From: Candidatus Poribacteria bacterium
GTDB taxonomy: Bacteria; Poribacteria; WGA-4E; PCPOR2b
Length of the DNA: 64,000 nt
Direction: 5' to 3'
Assembly: GCA_965198175.1 (NCBI GenBank)
Contig: OZ240245.1
Coordinates: forward strand, 960,001 to 1,024,000
The position numbers and the translations under genes were made by a program. The notes beneath the pieces are model-generated. The model was not told the DNA's origin. It did not search any database and saw only the letters and a list, made by a program, of their open reading frames with translations. Shown piece after piece: positions 61,429 to 64,000 of the stretch. The first letter of the stretch is position 1, and each line of letters starts with the position of its first letter.

Positions 61429-62589
61429 TTACTCGAAAATCTGAAATTCGCCGTTTTCGACAATCAAAACAACTGGGTCGTAAACCGCATCACCGACGGC
61501 ATTAAAGGAGAACGCCCCCAAAACGGTGTCGAAATTTTTGGTATTTGCCAGCACGTCTCGAATTGCGGCTGGATCGGTAGATTGGGCTTCCGCAATTGCC
61601 GCTGCGACAATATAAACAGCGGCATACGACTGCGCGGTCCAAGGATTCGGTTCGGAGTCATATGTGGCTCGATATTTCTGGACGAAGGCACCATTCCCCG
61701 GTGTATCACCGGTGCTAATCCAACCTGCAAAAGAGATTGCCCCCTCGGCAGCATCACCTGCGTTTTCCACGTCGCTTATCAGGCTAGTAATGTAGTGAAC
61801 CTCAGTGGAAATCCCAAGCTGGCGGCCTTGAATCTGAATCCCAGTCAACTCCGGGGGTAGTGCTGCGATAAAAATAGCGTCAGGATTTGTCTCCTTTATT
61901 CGATCCAATTGTTCGGAAAAATCGGTATCGCTACTTTGGAAGGTCTCTGTAATCAGAATCTCGACGCCGCTCTCAATAAGCGTGTCTCTGAACTTTTCAT
62001 GGCTATCTATGGAGTAGGGATCGATCTCATCATATATGGTCGCTACCTGTTGATAGCCGAGTTTCGCGTGCGTTGCCCTGACACCACTGGGGAGCAGGAT
62101 ATCTGTGGTGAGCCCGGCACGAAAGATAAAATCGCCAAGCGCGCTCAGACCAGAGGCATTTGAGGATGAGCTAAAAGCCACAACACCATTTTGTTGCGCG
62201 ATTGGAAACGCCGCCTCGGCTTGCCCTGAAGTTGTGGGACCGAAAATAACAGGCACGCCCGCTTGAATCAGTTTATTATACGCTGCAACGGCACCCTCAA
62301 CGGTGCTTTGGTCGTCTTCGACGATGAACTTGAGTCTTACATCGCCGAGTTGTGAGTTGTTTACGTCTTCAAGAGCTAGTTCAAAGCCACGTTGTATCGG
62401 TAGGGCAAACGTGTCAAGCCGTCCGGTAACGGGGTAGACAAGACCAATGGGAATCTCACCACTGAGCCCTTCCATCTGAGGTGTTGCGGGAAGGAGAAGT
62501 TGCTGGATTTGGTCACAGGCGGAAAACCCTACAATCAGCGCGACAATCGTAAAGACAAACGCGAATTTGGCAACTCTACTTATATTCAA
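61429..62589 (-). CDS. LivJ/K-type ABC substrate-binding lipoprotein, copy 2
   Basis: AAGGAGGT before TTG 62589; lipobox FSAC; paralog of neighbours. Confidence 0.9.
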   Translation of the reverse strand: MNISRVAKFAFVFTIVALIVGFSACDQIQQLLLPATPQMEGLSGEIPIGLVYPVTGRLDTFALPIQRGFELALEDVNNSQLGDVRLKFIVEDDQSTVEGAVAAYNKLIQAGVPVIFGPTTSGQAEAAFPIAQQNGVVAFSSSSNASGLSALGDFIFRAGLTTDILLPSGVRATHAKLGYQQVATIYDEIDPYSIDSHEKFRDTLIESGVEILITETFQSSDTDFSEQLDRIKETNPDAIFIAALPPELTGIQIQGRQLGISTEVHYITSLISDVENAGDAAEGAISFAGWISTGDTPGNGAFVQKYRATYDSEPNPWTAQSYAAVYIVAAAIAEAQSTDPAAIRDVLANTKNFDTVLGAFSFNAVGDAVYDPVVLIVENGEFQIFE

Positions 62590-62656
62590 CGTGAACCTCC
62601 TTATTTTTTTATTATCCAAATTATACTCTATCTTCTTCCCCTGTTTCTGTTGAGGG

Positions 62657-63829
62657 TTACTCGAAAATCTCCAATTGACCATTCACCACAATCAATATCT
62701 TCGGGTCGTAAACCGCATCCCCGACCGCGTCAAAAGAGAATGGCCCGAAAACGGTGTCGAAATCTGTGATATTTGCCAGTGCGTCTCGAATTGCGGTTGA
62801 ATCGGTGGATTGGGCGTTGGCAATGGCTTCAGCCAAAATATGGAAAGCAGCATATGACCGTGCCGCGTAGTTGTTCGGCTCCACCCCGTATTTCTCGATA
62901 TAATTCTGGACAAAGGCGCGATTCCCCGGCGTGTTAGCCGTGCTTGCCCAACCAACAAAGGTAATCGCCCCTTCGGCGGCATCACCCGCAGCTTGCACAT
63001 CGGCTACGGTCAACGTGCGAATAATAAACGGCACCGAGTCGGGTATACCGAGTTGGCGACCTTGAGCCAGAATACCGGGCTTTTCTGGTGATAAAGCGGA
63101 GATAAAGATAACATCAGGATTTGCATCCCTTATCCGAGTTAATTGTTCGGAAAAGTCCGTATCACCACCGTGGAAGGTCTCTGTAATCAGCACTTCAACA
63201 CTGTTCGCAGCGAGCGATTCCCTCACCGCCTCATCGCTATCGGTGGAGAAGACATCGCTTTCATCATACATCGTCGCCGCTTTTTTATAGCCGAGTTTTG
63301 CAGAAGTTGTTTCAACACCGATCGGAATCAGTACATTTGTGGTAAGTGCGGCACGAAAGACAAAGTCGCCAATCGCACTCAGACCGCGGGCGGCGGAGGT
63401 GGGGCTAAACGCCACGACCTGATTTTCCTGCGCGATTGGAAACACCGCTTTGGCCTGGCCTGAGGTAGCAGGTCCGAGAATAACAGGCACGCCATCCTGC
63501 TGAATCAGTTTATTGTAGGCTTCGATTGCACCCTCAACAGTGCTCTGATCGTCCTCAATGATGAACCCGATCCTCCCACCACCGAGTTGTGAGTTATTAA
63601 TCTCTGCGAGAGCCAACTCAAAGCCAGTACCCATTGGTCTGCCAAACGTCGAAGCGAATCGCCCTGTGATGGATAAGACGACGCCGACGGGAATCTCTTC
63701 ACTGAGCTCTTCCATCTGAGGCGGTGCAGGGACGAGAAGTTGCTGAATTTGGTCACAGGCGGCAAGTCCCACAATCAGGAGGACAATTGCTAGTACAAAG
63801 GTAAATGTTGTGATTCTTCTGATATTCAT
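62657..63829 (-). CDS. LivJ/K-type ABC substrate-binding lipoprotein, copy 3
   Basis: AAGGAAG before ATG 63829; lipobox LAAC; paralog of neighbours. Confidence 0.9.
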   Translation of the reverse strand: MNIRRITTFTFVLAIVLLIVGLAACDQIQQLLVPAPPQMEELSEEIPVGVVLSITGRFASTFGRPMGTGFELALAEINNSQLGGGRIGFIIEDDQSTVEGAIEAYNKLIQQDGVPVILGPATSGQAKAVFPIAQENQVVAFSPTSAARGLSAIGDFVFRAALTTNVLIPIGVETTSAKLGYKKAATMYDESDVFSTDSDEAVRESLAANSVEVLITETFHGGDTDFSEQLTRIRDANPDVIFISALSPEKPGILAQGRQLGIPDSVPFIIRTLTVADVQAAGDAAEGAITFVGWASTANTPGNRAFVQNYIEKYGVEPNNYAARSYAAFHILAEAIANAQSTDSTAIRDALANITDFDTVFGPFSFDAVGDAVYDPKILIVVNGQLEIFE

Positions 63830-63966
63830 CTTGAACTTCCTTGGGTTTGAAATAAAAAAATCAGGCGTGGAACAATCAGGTAAACCTAACCCCCAAACCT
63901 GATTCGTTGCGGATTGATGCTTGAAAAAGGCTATCAATAAATTTCTTTAGATTTAAAACCCAAGTC

Positions 63967-63994
63967 GTAGGGAACAACGATTGTTGTTCCCTAC
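63967..63994. repeat. GTAG-type REP palindrome
   Basis: GTAGGGAACAAC-GATT-GTTGTTCCCTAC perfect 12-bp stem. Confidence 0.65.
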
Positions 63995-64000
63995 ATGATA

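Overview
A 64-kb bacterial chromosomal segment of moderate GC. It most resembles Candidatus Poribacteria; this is an inference from the V-x-P-x-x-K-L-A-x-x-W-x-x-L-K C-terminal tails, LamG/WD40/Kelch/TPR proteins, the sigma70-WD40 fusion and a PorV-like protein. Housekeeping genes include rseP, PGI/PMI, family-4 UDG, mtaB, rpsT, a double-length uvrA, tRNA-Val/tRNA-Asp and serS. They are mixed with metabolic genes: an ALDH/Fe-ADH/PQQ-propeller/HemN-like radical SAM cluster, a flavin halogenase-like enzyme, a PaaK-like ligase, oxidoreductases and three tandem Liv-type binding proteins. An accessory stretch at about 11-21 kb is rich in REP/MITE-like repeats. Highlights: (1) a rhodanese coupled to serS with an in-frame TGA at the catalytic Cys position, a probable selenoprotein; (2) a compact three-gene operon with its own promoter (TIGR04255-like, unknown, ART-like), a candidate toxin-antitoxin-chaperone defence module; (3) an orphan CRISPR-type repeat-spacer-repeat built into the RBS and signal peptide of an M28 peptidase, with a 13-bp duplication that keeps the frame; (4) a five-member paralog family with a variable number of internal repeats; (5) a probable ATT start codon. 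No cas, reverse transcriptase, integrase or transposase genes are visible. All family calls are from motif recognition only; no searches were run.
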